Of a DNA stretch of 64,000 nt, positions 18,972 to 28,409 are shown in pieces (position 1 is the stretch's first letter; each line of letters starts with the position of its first letter). The notes under the pieces were generated by a model, which saw only the letters and a list, made by a program, of their open reading frames with translations, was not told the origin of the DNA and made no database searches. The DNA lies in the NCBI GenBank assembly GCA_963790825.1, contig CAWBPM010000002.1, positions 295,159 to 359,158 of the forward strand, read 5' to 3'. The stretch comes from Candidatus Levyibacteriota bacterium. Lineage in GTDB: Bacteria > Patescibacteriota > Microgenomatia > Levybacterales > UBA12049. The position numbers and the translations under genes were made by a program.

Positions 18972-19199
18972 TTAACTTTGTTCTGAAGGATTACTGTCAT
19001 TTGATTGGTTATCTGTATAGCCTAGTCTGTATAAATCACCCCTAACGTGGCCTGGTCCACTATAATTTGAAGGTGAATATCCGCTATATTGATTACGCGG
19101 GCTAGGAGGTGTATATTTTGTTTCTGCCTTAAATGCCAGGTAAAATAAATGTCTAACTTTCCCAATAACCCTTTGGAACATCGGTGATTCTTTACTCAC
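18972..19199 (-). CDS. small hypothetical protein
   Basis: 75-aa ORF weakly similar to the neighbour (MxKES, GHV...LGxYT). Confidence 0.5.
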   Translation of the reverse strand: MSKESPMFQRVIGKVRHLFYLAFKAETKYTPPSPRNQYSGYSPSNYSGPGHVRGDLYRLGYTDNQSNDSNPSEQS

Positions 19200-19377
19200 A
19201 ACTGTATTATACTCCCGGGAGTCAAATTTTTTAAAGTCACAAACGAGTATTCTCCTCTAAAAACCCATTCAGTTTCTCTGCACAAGAATCAAGATGAATA
19301 TCCTTTTTATCAACAATTTTGTGCAGACAATTATTTGTTTAGTTTTGCTAATCAGTTGGCTAAGTATAATAATTGAA

Positions 19378-19923
19378 TTATTTTGTAGTTGCAGGGACAA
19401 GTGGATGTCTAAAAATAGTCTCTGCGTTTAACATGTGCCCCGCAGGCGTTCTGCCTGTCAGATACATTCTTACAGTTTCCGGCCAATCTATTCTTTTGGG
19501 GAAACGTGAATCGTCAACTTTGTCGAAAAAGTGAGTATAACGTTTTGCGAGATTTGGATGTAACCGAGTGGGTAAGTAACTTAATCCTGAAGTTACCTTG
19601 ATAGTATCATCATATTGGTAAGCGGCTATACCTCTCATCTTAGTTTCTAGATCAACAAGATTACCTGATTCATCGCACTGGACCACCATATCAACCAGTC
19701 TGGTAGAAAATCCAAACACTTGACTTTTTCCCCATTTAATTCCTGGTCGAATTCTAACATTTAGCTCATATAATCCATTACCTCTGCCATATTTACGAGA
19801 GTATGCTTCAAGTAAAAATTCCCCTTGTTGGGTGTAATACAGGTGAGGATCTTCAAAAGTACCCATAGAAGTACTTTCTGCTTGAAGATCTACGTAATTA
19901 AATGACTCTCTTAATCTAGGCAT
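19378..19923 (-). CDS. hypothetical protein
   Basis: About 180-aa ORF with TATAAT shortly upstream. Confidence 0.65.
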   Translation of the reverse strand: MPRLRESFNYVDLQAESTSMGTFEDPHLYYTQQGEFLLEAYSRKYGRGNGLYELNVRIRPGIKWGKSQVFGFSTRLVDMVVQCDESGNLVDLETKMRGIAAYQYDDTIKVTSGLSYLPTRLHPNLAKRYTHFFDKVDDSRFPKRIDWPETVRMYLTGRTPAGHMLNAETIFRHPLVPATTK

Positions 19924-20040
19924 AAATATCTGGGTATTATAGCACATCTTAATTCAAAGTGATTGGGCTGGGGTGATAGGTACCAGTTGAGGAGTTAATG
20001 TAGAAGCATACTCCAATGGTGTTTTGTAGTCAAGGGCTTG

Positions 20041-20215
20041 TACCGGCTATAAAAAGGGCTGCGCCCCTCTTTTGCAAGGGTCGAGATAAACGAAGTCGTT
20101 GCTTCGCCCTTGCAAAATTCACCTTGCATATTAGTCTTCGGATATCAGAAAGCAGGCCGCAGGCTGCTTTCTGGAATATATATTTTCCAAAAATATTAAC
20201 AGCTGAACGGAGGTG
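20041..20215 (+). promoter_or_regulatory. structured leader, candidate ssDNA promoter or oriT region
   Basis: TTTTGCAAGGG...CCCTTGCAAAA and CAGAAAGCAG...CTGCTTTCTG inverted repeats, then GGAGGTG SD; duplicated at 17055-17245. Confidence 0.5.
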
Positions 20216-20224
20216 AATAAACAA

Positions 20225-20524
20225 ATGATGCTACTTACTAAACAATTGACACAGAGACTACCAAAGCTATATGAGCAGGAAAACAATACTGATCCGATGG
20301 TTATCTGTAAGTTCTTTTTACCGATGACCAAATGGACTTGGTACGCCATAGAATTTGACGGAAAAGATACGTTTTTTGGCTACGTTGTCGGAGATTATCC
20401 GGAGCTTGGTTACTTTACTCTGTCAGAGCTAAAAGATATTGAGGGCCCATACGGGCTAAAGGTTGAGCGGGATATGTATTTCGACCCTCAACCGCTCTCA
20501 AAGATACAAGCGGGGGAAAGATAA
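20225..20524 (+). CDS. DUF2958 family protein
   Basis: KFFLPMTKWTWYAIE.D...FFGYV.G..PELGYFTLSEL...VERDMYF. Confidence 0.85.
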   Translation: MMLLTKQLTQRLPKLYEQENNTDPMVICKFFLPMTKWTWYAIEFDGKDTFFGYVVGDYPELGYFTLSELKDIEGPYGLKVERDMYFDPQPLSKIQAGER

Positions 20525-20581
20525 AGAAAAGTCTCTGCCGCCGGAACTGCCACCGGCGGCAGATCCTGCCCGCCTACCCAG

Positions 20582-21382
20582 TTATTCTACTTTTTCCCAA
20601 ACATCAGGGGTTTTAGCATTAAGTATTCTCTCATTCCAGGATAAATATAGAGGGAATGGTTCATCAAATTGTTTTTCAAATAGTGCTTTTGCAAAGTAAT
20701 ACAGGTGTTTCTTTAACTTTTCTCTTGGGCAAATAAATAAAACTGCGGGGAACGCTTGCCCGTTTGCGTTGTCCTCCCAATTACCTCCCTCAACATATTG
20801 CATGTATGTTAATATCCGTGAACGAAGTATTCCGGCAGAAGCATAGTCTCTGAATAATTCAAGGAAATATCTTCTGGTTTTCTCTTTTGTTTTTACTGAT
20901 ATATAAGCACTTGGCAGGGGAGTAGGAAAATACTCATATTGCAGCAATTGGCTTTCAGTAAAAAAACGGATCTCTTCATCTTTTTTCTTCTTTGCTAAAA
21001 AGAAAAGATAAACATCTGCTAAGTCTAGACAGTAAGAAATAAAACTTTCTGTCCGACTCTTTTCTTTGTACACTTTACCCAGTGCTTCAACGTCGCAGTC
21101 CTTTTCCTGTTTTAGGATTTGTATTCCTTTAGTACCCAGAAAATAGACAGCCGGCTTTGTCCGGTTTTTAAATGAATCAGGCAGATAATATCTGTGAATA
21201 TACTTATTATCTTTTAAGTCTTTAAGCCAGAGTTGTATTCTTTTGGGGTTTTTATGATTGAATAATATTTGCAGTTGGTTAGTATTTAGGAATCTGAATT
21301 TATATATATATTTTAATATTTGTTTTTCTTTGCCGGTTATTTTAACTTCTGTTTTGTTCTCTGTTTTTATTATTTTTTTCAT
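20582..21382 (-). CDS. replication-relaxation family protein (putative relaxase)
   Basis: wHTH N-terminus (YKFRFLNTNQL), PAVYFLG, PSAYI...YFLE; directly downstream of the coupling protein. Confidence 0.75.
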   Translation of the reverse strand: MKKIIKTENKTEVKITGKEKQILKYIYKFRFLNTNQLQILFNHKNPKRIQLWLKDLKDNKYIHRYYLPDSFKNRTKPAVYFLGTKGIQILKQEKDCDVEALGKVYKEKSRTESFISYCLDLADVYLFFLAKKKKDEEIRFFTESQLLQYEYFPTPLPSAYISVKTKEKTRRYFLELFRDYASAGILRSRILTYMQYVEGGNWEDNANGQAFPAVLFICPREKLKKHLYYFAKALFEKQFDEPFPLYLSWNERILNAKTPDVWEKVE

Positions 21383-21490
21383 GCTGGGTTTATATATTTA
21401 TGCCTCTTATATTTATATAAGATATAATAGGAAGAACTTTTTTGTAATTTAGCTTCATTTTAAGCATATTTTTGTAGGTACTCGCACCTA

Positions 21491-24196
21491 CTATTTTATC
21501 TGCTTCGTATCATCGGGAAGTGACCCTGTTATTTTATTTTTTGTCTCCGTAGTTTCTTTCTGTCTTGCTGCTTGCTGCTCTTTATTGACCGGTTTTTTCA
21601 GGTAGACAATTGCCCAGTTATTTCTCGAAGATGCAATGAGTTTCTCCATCTTTTTACTATCTCTTTTGACGGGCATATAGATTGTCTCACCGGAAAAAGG
21701 TTCTTCGGATTCTATGGCTGAAATTTTAATATAGAATCTGTAACGGGGAAGACTCATTATTTCGCCCTTTACTAAGTAGGGCGCAAACTGGTTAAGCATT
21801 AAATCTTCATCAATATAATTGCCGGACCGGAATGAGATAACTGTGGTAACGTTTGCCAGGATAATATTGGTAACATCCCTGTCTTTTTGCTGGGAGGTTG
21901 ACTGCTCGGCAATAATTAAAGGCATCCTGTACTTTCTGCCCTCTGTTATCATTTTTGTAAATGACTGGGTTGCAAAATTTTGGAATTCGTCAACATATAC
22001 ATAAAATGTTTTCCTCTTGCTCTCCGGTATATATGCTCTTTTTAATGCAGCTTGCTGGAGTTTGGTCATGATTGTTGTTCCCATGAGCCGTGAGGAGTCT
22101 TCACCTAATTTTTGTGAGAAATTACAAATGAGAATTTTACCGCCGTTTATAATTTCATCAAAATTAATAGTGGATTTCTCCTGTTCTAAAATTCTTTTAG
22201 CAGTAGGAGAGCGGAGAAACCTTCCAACCTTGGCTGTAATCCCCTGAGTCATTTTTACTATCTGATAATCTCCGGCTTTGCCGAATTCATATTTCCAGAA
22301 ATCTACTAAATCCTCATCCGTCAGTTTTGACACAACCTGTTTGCGAAAGGTAGGATTAGTCATGATTTTATTGATGGTAAATAATGTTGCGCCCGGTACA
22401 GTAAACGCTGTGTAAATAGTATTTCTTAAAATATATTCAATTCTGTGAGCATTAGTACTCTCATCTTTTGAAAATACTTTTCTGAAAAGCGACACTACAC
22501 CTTCTGCAACTACCTCTTTTTCCAGCTCCGCTTCGTCTTCATCGAGTCCGGGTGTCAACTCCATGACGTTTATTCCGATCGGATACTTTAAGTCTATCGG
22601 GTTAATATATATGAGATCGTCTTTCCGGCTTGTCGGAATAGAAGCCACTAAATCTTCTGCTACATCTCCATGCGGATCAATAAATGCTAAACCGCGGCCT
22701 TCTTCAATATCATGTTTTGCCATGGAAAACATTAAGGTAGTTTTACCTGAACCGGTTCGGCCTAAAATATACATATGCGTTTGCCGCTCTTCTTCGGTTA
22801 ATCCGATCGGCGTTGTTACTCCCGCATAATTATTTTCTCCAAAAACAGTATCCAGCTCCGTACCGTTTTTTAGTGTTATTGGGGCGGGTAATTCTTTTGA
22901 ATGTGCTTTTACAATGTTTTCCGTTTGCGTAACATACTTAAAAGGAAAATGATATAGGTCTGCTATCTCAGACGCGGAATATAATGAGGAACTTGCATTG
23001 TTAATTAAAGATAACATTCGTTTTCGAAACACAAATAGTTGTACCCGATCCGAGACATATGGAATTCCATATGTTTTGAAGAAGGACTGATATTTAGGAA
23101 CGTTATACATAGCAAGGGAGGAATGAAAACCTTTAACCCTCTGTGCAACTTCAGACTTTTCCTTCATAACAACTAGTAACCTGATTGATCCTTCAAACAA
23201 CTCCTGATCAATTTTTGTTTTGATTGACTGGATCACTTCCTGCTCAAAGCTACTTAGTATCCTAGCCGGCCGAAGGTGCTGCATTTGTATAACTTGCTGA
23301 TACTGGTATTGCCCGGAAATATGTATCGACTGTGTGTTTGAATGCATCAGCTCAGTTATTGCCCACTGCAGATTATTTCCGATTGCCAATATCATTTTAA
23401 GTAATACTTTTAGAAGGAATAACAATATTTTTACAACTAAAGGTGCTCGGGGTTTACTTAAATACCTTAGTATATCTTCATTGTTGAGGATCATCTGAGA
23501 AAGAATATCCGCTTCTTTGATTTTGGTTCCGGAAACTACTACTTGCAAAGAGATTAATTCTCCGGGTTTTAACTGCGTCATCATACCGGTGATATACGCA
23601 ACCGGATCATGTTCCTGCAGAGTGGATTGTTTTTGCAGAGGAAAAGCAAAATGTTTTCTTAATTGAAACCCGGCAACTTTTATATGCAATTTATTATTAG
23701 TTTTATCAACAGTGGGAATATATTCACTAGTTGTTTTCACCAGGACATGGGGAAGGTAGGAGAGAATCTCCCGTTTTATGTTCTCTTTTTCTTCCGGTGT
23801 TGTCCTGACAATGAAACGGATTCCCAGCTCTCTGCTTGAAACAATTTCGAAAGAAAGAATCGTTTTCCTGCCCAGTAATTTATCTGTAAACGAATCCCGC
23901 TTTGATAAGCCGTGTATCATTGAAAAAAATTCCTGCGTGGTATATGCAGACTTTTCGCTTATTGTCGGAGGGGTAATTTCAAGCAGAACCGATTCTTCAT
24001 TCATTAGTTTTCTGAAATTGAAATACCAGCGGGCAATTAGTATTACCAGCACACATACGACAAGAAAAAGAATAAAAGGAAAGGATGAGAAAGGAGAGTG
24101 ATGAGCAAAGTTAATAAACTCATCTTTTAAATGAGGAAGAGAGGCAGTTAACCGGCTAAGTATATATCCAGCTTCCCAATGATGCCAGTCATTCAT
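21491..24196 (-). CDS. VirD4/TraG-like type IV coupling protein
   Basis: HMYILGRTGSGKT, FIDPHGD, YVDEFQNF, EGRKY; N-terminal TM segment. Confidence 0.88.
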   Translation of the reverse strand: MNDWHHWEAGYILSRLTASLPHLKDEFINFAHHSPFSSFPFILFLVVCVLVILIARWYFNFRKLMNEESVLLEITPPTISEKSAYTTQEFFSMIHGLSKRDSFTDKLLGRKTILSFEIVSSRELGIRFIVRTTPEEKENIKREILSYLPHVLVKTTSEYIPTVDKTNNKLHIKVAGFQLRKHFAFPLQKQSTLQEHDPVAYITGMMTQLKPGELISLQVVVSGTKIKEADILSQMILNNEDILRYLSKPRAPLVVKILLFLLKVLLKMILAIGNNLQWAITELMHSNTQSIHISGQYQYQQVIQMQHLRPARILSSFEQEVIQSIKTKIDQELFEGSIRLLVVMKEKSEVAQRVKGFHSSLAMYNVPKYQSFFKTYGIPYVSDRVQLFVFRKRMLSLINNASSSLYSASEIADLYHFPFKYVTQTENIVKAHSKELPAPITLKNGTELDTVFGENNYAGVTTPIGLTEEERQTHMYILGRTGSGKTTLMFSMAKHDIEEGRGLAFIDPHGDVAEDLVASIPTSRKDDLIYINPIDLKYPIGINVMELTPGLDEDEAELEKEVVAEGVVSLFRKVFSKDESTNAHRIEYILRNTIYTAFTVPGATLFTINKIMTNPTFRKQVVSKLTDEDLVDFWKYEFGKAGDYQIVKMTQGITAKVGRFLRSPTAKRILEQEKSTINFDEIINGGKILICNFSQKLGEDSSRLMGTTIMTKLQQAALKRAYIPESKRKTFYVYVDEFQNFATQSFTKMITEGRKYRMPLIIAEQSTSQQKDRDVTNIILANVTTVISFRSGNYIDEDLMLNQFAPYLVKGEIMSLPRYRFYIKISAIESEEPFSGETIYMPVKRDSKKMEKLIASSRNNWAIVYLKKPVNKEQQAARQKETTETKNKITGSLPDDTKQIK

Positions 24197-24382
24197 ATAC
24201 TCTCGGGCAGAAACACCTAAGAGCAGAAGTTAGCTTGAGTTATAGCACAGTTTAGGAAAAAAGTAAAAAATAGGAAACACTGAATGTCTAAAACATCGAA
24301 ACTTTATGCACGAATAAGATGTTAATAATAATCGATATTCAATGTAAGGATAGAGAGTAAAGACATTCTGCATTTCTAGACG

Positions 24383-24652
24383 CTATACCTGCTGCTTTGG
24401 CGGCAATGTACCTGAAGTAGTAGTAACAAAAGGAATAGTTGCTGTACCTTGTGTATTTACGGATGAAGTTCCAGAAGTATTAGTTTGTACTTGTCCCACT
24501 CCTGATACGACATTTGTTTGTGCCCCACTAGGTTTTGCGAACAACGGGCTTACAGGTACTTGTGATCTGTTACTTGTATTGATCGTTGCGACATTGAGAG
24601 TAGGAAGTCCTGCAAATAATTTTGTAGAATCGTCAGAGTACCCCAACCGCAC
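24383..24652 (-). pseudogene. probable C-terminal fragment of a secreted or surface protein
   Basis: S/T/G-rich 89-aa ORF with weak GTG start and no signal peptide. Confidence 0.3.
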
Positions 24653-24826
24653 TTTCTATCGAACCGCTTTTAGCTTGGCTAACCAAGTTAATGGATGTAT
24701 ACCAGAAAACTATAGAGTTAAATTAAAAAATCTTTCGTAGTGTTTATTCTTCAGTTCAATTGACATTACAAAATACATAATCTAATCTATAGATAGAAGA
24801 ATATTCAGTAAGAGTTATAAAAACAT

Positions 24827-25177
24827 ATGGGTACATACTCCGTGAAAGCACGAATCTTAATGGTTTTTGTCATGATTATTCTTGATATATTATTGACAAT
24901 ATGCGGACTTGTGTTGGTTTTTCTGTTTTGTTATGCGGACGGCTGCCCAACTCCACAACATGCTGGTTTAATATCATATGGTATTATCTTTAGCATTTCA
25001 AGTTTATTAACAAGTATAGGCTTTGGAATGACTAAGCAAACAAATAAACTTAAATTTAATTTAAATTTATTCATATGGTTGTTTATTATCAATATAGTAG
25101 TAAATATAACCATAGTCTTGCTTATATCGCTTTTTAATCCCGCAATGTTCTATAAATCACTTTTGGCAAACTTATAG
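24827..25177 (+). CDS. small membrane protein
   Basis: Three hydrophobic helices, CYADGC loop. Confidence 0.65.
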   Translation: MGTYSVKARILMVFVMIILDILLTICGLVLVFLFCYADGCPTPQHAGLISYGIIFSISSLLTSIGFGMTKQTNKLKFNLNLFIWLFIINIVVNITIVLLISLFNPAMFYKSLLANL

Positions 25178-25449
25178 TTAATAAAAAGCTTTTGCATTTT
25201 CTTAATTTCTCCCCACCTCTGCCTCAGCTCTCTAATATATCAAAATCCTAGTTAGCCAAAATAATCTACTTTCATTGGCTATAACGATACATTAGAGGCA
25301 ACTGAGGTTAAACTTTATACGTGATGTTTATGCCAAATAACGAAAATTTGTCTGTTTTTAGGGAATAGACTCTTAGCTCTCTGGTTCGAATCCCTTTTGG
25401 TTGTCAAAAGAGTTTAAGCTAACGAACTCGACCTAGGATTTATATCTTT

Positions 25450-25665
25450 GAAATTAAGATTGGTTTGTTCTATCAATCTATTCTCGCATTTGCAAACACG
25501 AGCGACCCGTTTGGTACCCCTGATGCACTTTCTTTTGAGCTCTTTCTGCCTTGTATTAACAAAATTAGGGTCGTTTATCAAGAATCCGAATCTATCGATA
25601 GTGATCAATTATTACCCCAGGATACTTCTTTCTTTAGGGGATATTATGTGAAGAATATGAATTAA
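25450..25665 (+). pseudogene. serine-integrase C-terminal remnant spanning an attP-like junction (core GGTACC 25513)
   Basis: Reads FYQSILAFANTSDPF-GTP-DALSFELFL...; GGTACC-N16-TTGAGC; upstream part repeated at 26475 and 47650. Confidence 0.55.
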
Positions 25666-25761
25666 AGAATTATTTATTTTAAGCACAGGCTGGCTGTTTC
25701 AGATTTCCCGAACTTTTGAACCTATTTAAAAGCACTCAGGGAGCGTGCTTCACCTGAATAA

Positions 25762-26022
25762 CTACTTTGCAACTCCTTCAAAAATCAGCTGTTTAATAAA
25801 AGTTTGATAAGGTACATCCATCTGATGCGCCTTTATTTTAACTCGATCAATTAATGTTTGTGGTAAGCGGATTGTAATAGGCTTACTGGTTAACTTTAAA
25901 TTAGGAAATTTCCAATTCTCAACATGACTATAGTCTACATACTCTGTAGAATCATGAGTCTGCCAAAATTTTCTTTCTTCATCTTCATTATTAAATTTAG
26001 GAATTTGCTTTAATTGTTTCAT
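25762..26022 (-). CDS. BrnA/CopG-family antitoxin
   Basis: IPKFNNEDEERKFWQTHDSTEY...ITIRLP...VPYQTFIK. Confidence 0.88.
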   Translation of the reverse strand: MKQLKQIPKFNNEDEERKFWQTHDSTEYVDYSHVENWKFPNLKLTSKPITIRLPQTLIDRVKIKAHQMDVPYQTFIKQLIFEGVAK

Positions 26023-26026
26023 ATAT

Positions 26027-26320
26027 TTATCCTTCTTTGTACACCTCCATTTCTTTTTTGTTAGCTCCTCTTCCTGAGATTATTCTAATTTTATCTTTCC
26101 TGATGGCAAATACTACAAAAAGCATTTTATTTTCTGTAGTTTTTCCTATTGCAATGAAACGCTCTTCCTGTTCTTGATGTTTGAAATCTTTTTTTATCTT
26201 AACATCTTCGTCTAAAAATACTTCTTCCGTTTCATTTGGAGCTATACCATGTTTTTTATAGCTTTTATCTATATTCCACTTATCCCATTCAAATCCAAAA
26301 ATAGCATTCAAATCAATCAT
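26027..26320 (-). CDS. BrnT family toxin
   Basis: FEWDKWN..K...KHGI...EEVF...RIISGR. Confidence 0.9.
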   Translation of the reverse strand: MIDLNAIFGFEWDKWNIDKSYKKHGIAPNETEEVFLDEDVKIKKDFKHQEQEERFIAIGKTTENKMLFVVFAIRKDKIRIISGRGANKKEMEVYKEG

Positions 26321-26528
26321 CTGTACATATGATACATGTACAATAGTCGCATGTCAATAGCTAAAATTATCGCTTTAGCCTCTGCTGATCATAGTAAAGT
26401 ATTCGAGTCGCCTCAGGGTTCAAACATTCTTAAGTCTAACAAAGGTGAGATTATTTTTGAAGATTAATTAGCAATTTAGCCCGTTCTATCAATCTATTCG
26501 TATGTTTGATACTGTAGGCGTCCCCTTT

Positions 26529-26647
26529 GGTACCCCCTATGGGACGATGTCCGAACCTATCTAACTATATCAATTGATCCTAACGAAAAATCCGAACTGC
26601 TGTTAATCCTTAACCTTTTTAAAATTAAGAAAGGAGAACAGCAGTGA
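26529..26647 (+). mobile_element. attP'-like half-site with integrase-tail ORF
   Basis: GGTACC-N16-CCGAAC; reads WYPLWDDVRTYLTISIDPNEKSELLLILNLFKIKKGEQQ*; stop overlaps the PLD start. Confidence 0.7.
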
Positions 26648-27102
26648 TAATGTCGTATTTTAACAAATTATTAGCCGTAAAAGAAGCGATAGATGTCTCA
26701 AAACTATATAACGAAAAGACGTTTTATAAGGCTTTTATTAAAGACTTAGAGAGAGTAAGAAATGAGGTAATTATTGAATCTCCATTTATTACCATTGAAC
26801 GGGTAAAATATTTTATACCGATATTTACTAAGCTAATAAAAAAAGGTGTACAAATTCATGTGTATACTCGTATAGCTGAAGAACAATCTGACGAAATGCA
26901 GTATCAAACTGAAAAGGGAATAGATCTACTAGAAGAGATTGGCGTTTTTGTTGTACCAGTGAATTGTTTTCTGCATAGGAAGTTAGCTATTATTGATAAC
27001 AATATAGTATGGGAGGGAAGTTTGAATATCTTATCGCAGAGAAACAGTCAAGAATTCATGCAAAGACTCAATAATCAATCAGAAGTAATCAAAATTGTAT
27101 AG
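26644..27102 (+). CDS. stand-alone phospholipase D-like (HKD) domain protein, putative nuclease
   Basis: IIESPFIT, HRKLAIID, WEGSLN. Confidence 0.85.
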   Translation: MIMSYFNKLLAVKEAIDVSKLYNEKTFYKAFIKDLERVRNEVIIESPFITIERVKYFIPIFTKLIKKGVQIHVYTRIAEEQSDEMQYQTEKGIDLLEEIGVFVVPVNCFLHRKLAIIDNNIVWEGSLNILSQRNSQEFMQRLNNQSEVIKIV

Positions 27103-27130
27103 TTTTTAGGAATTAATATATATTGATAGT

Positions 27131-27412
27131 TTAATTTAATGTCGCATTTTCTTCCTTAACTTTTTCTGCCAAAAACATCTTAACTAAAGACTGATAAGGT
27201 ACATCACGTTTATTCGCAATAGTTTTGAGTGATGCAACTAACCATTCCGGAAGTCTGATTGAGACAGTTTTAGTTGAAGGCTTAAGTTTTAAGAATACAG
27301 GGTTAACAATAGCCGAACTGGCATCAAAATAGTCAAGCAAGTCATGGTTTGACCAGAACTCTCTTTCTTCATCTTCATTTTTAAACTCTGGTAATTGTTT
27401 GAGATTGCTCAT
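27131..27412 (-). CDS. BrnA/CopG-family antitoxin
   Basis: LPEFKNEDEEREFWSNHD...VSIRLP...DVPYQSLVK. Confidence 0.88.
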   Translation of the reverse strand: MSNLKQLPEFKNEDEEREFWSNHDLLDYFDASSAIVNPVFLKLKPSTKTVSIRLPEWLVASLKTIANKRDVPYQSLVKMFLAEKVKEENATLN

Positions 27413-27424
27413 AATTTATTATAT

Positions 27425-27772
27425 TCACCTCTTTTCTGCTTTTTTCTCTTGTTCTTCTTGCGCTATATATAATGCTCTTCCTTTTTTACTCATATCCCAG
27501 GAAGCTATAACTCTGATTTTGTTATTTCTTATTGTAAAATAGATTTCAAGTCTTCTTCCTGCATCCGTTTTTCCAAGTATACCGAATCGTCGCTCATCAA
27601 GCGTTGAGTGTTTTGGATCTTTTAAGAAAATGAGTGGTTTATTAAAAAACACTTCCTCACTTTCTCTGGGTTCTGTATGATGTTTCTCCCTATTTTTAAT
27701 GATATTTACATCATTCCACTCAAAACCTTCTATATTCGCAAGATCATCCAGATCGAAATCATCTACGCTCAT
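27425..27772 (-). CDS. BrnT family toxin
   Basis: GFEWNDVN..KNREKH...EEVFFN...DPKHS..ERR...IRVI. Confidence 0.88.
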   Translation of the reverse strand: MSVDDFDLDDLANIEGFEWNDVNIIKNREKHHTEPRESEEVFFNKPLIFLKDPKHSTLDERRFGILGKTDAGRRLEIYFTIRNNKIRVIASWDMSKKGRALYIAQEEQEKKAEKR

Positions 27773-27876
27773 ATGTTGTTATTATGTATATAACCATACA
27801 ATACAATTTGCAGTTTGTCAATAGCTTATAGTTAATATTTTACAACATAATAACATATATGTTATAAATAGCTATT

Positions 27877-28149
27877 ATGAGAACCTTGGAAGATTTTGAA
27901 AAAGAATTATTATCAGACCCTGAAGTTAAAAAGGAGTATGACAAACTTGCTCCTCGCTACGCATTGATTTCAGAATTAATAGCTGCACGTATAAAAAAAG
28001 GGTTAACGCAAAAAGAGTTAGCTGAAAGAATAGGAACTACACAATCATCCATTGCGCGATTAGAAGGGGGGAATGTAAATCCTTCTCTTGATTTTTTGGA
28101 GAAAATAGCACATGTATTAGAAAGTCAGCTTACAGTTCATTTTGCTTAA
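27877..28149 (+). CDS. XRE-family HTH protein (HigA-like antitoxin, no cognate toxin seen)
   Basis: ARIKKGLTQKELAERIGTTQSSIARLEGG; palindrome ATAACATATATGTTAT upstream. Confidence 0.85.
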   Translation: MRTLEDFEKELLSDPEVKKEYDKLAPRYALISELIAARIKKGLTQKELAERIGTTQSSIARLEGGNVNPSLDFLEKIAHVLESQLTVHFA

Positions 28150-28409
28150 AACCTCATCTCATTATTCCAGCCTTCAAAATTTCAATAAAATGTCGTAAAG
28201 ATGTCATTCTGCGATATGAAGCATAGAAAGCTAGAAAAAATAATTCCTACTTTCAATAAATATTATTGGAAATGCTTCTGGCTATAACCATAGTTTATAG
28301 CCAAACCACTAGGAGGTAATCTTATGTCGTGAAATGATGTTTTACGACGCGGACGTAATATTGCAAGTTTAGCTCTACTACGGTTTAATTTCTTTAAGAG
28401 CTTATTGTT

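Larger units (their letters stand above)
14294..20116 (+). repeat. dispersed hairpin-GCAAGGG motif, seven copies (14294, 15557, 16365, 17055, 18493, 19258, 20041)
   Basis: Short GC-rich hairpin, CT-N2-3, then GCAAGGG-like, then TCAAGATGAA or TTTCCGGCTT; always intergenic and in the same orientation. Confidence 0.8.
3279..25540. mobile_element. integrative conjugative element (ICE)-like region lacking its integrase
   Basis: T4SS genes, coupling protein, relaxase-like gene, DUF2958 and cargo, bounded by att-like sites. Confidence 0.7.

Noticed and set aside
14294-20116. Classical integron attC array
   Set aside because: No RYYYAAC...GTTRRRY ends with L boxes around the hairpins, and no IntI gene in the window.
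17127-20224. ORFs 17127-17309 and 20030-20224 sharing IFGKYIFQKAACGLLSD
   Set aside because: They are antisense translations of the duplicated non-coding leader, not a protein family.
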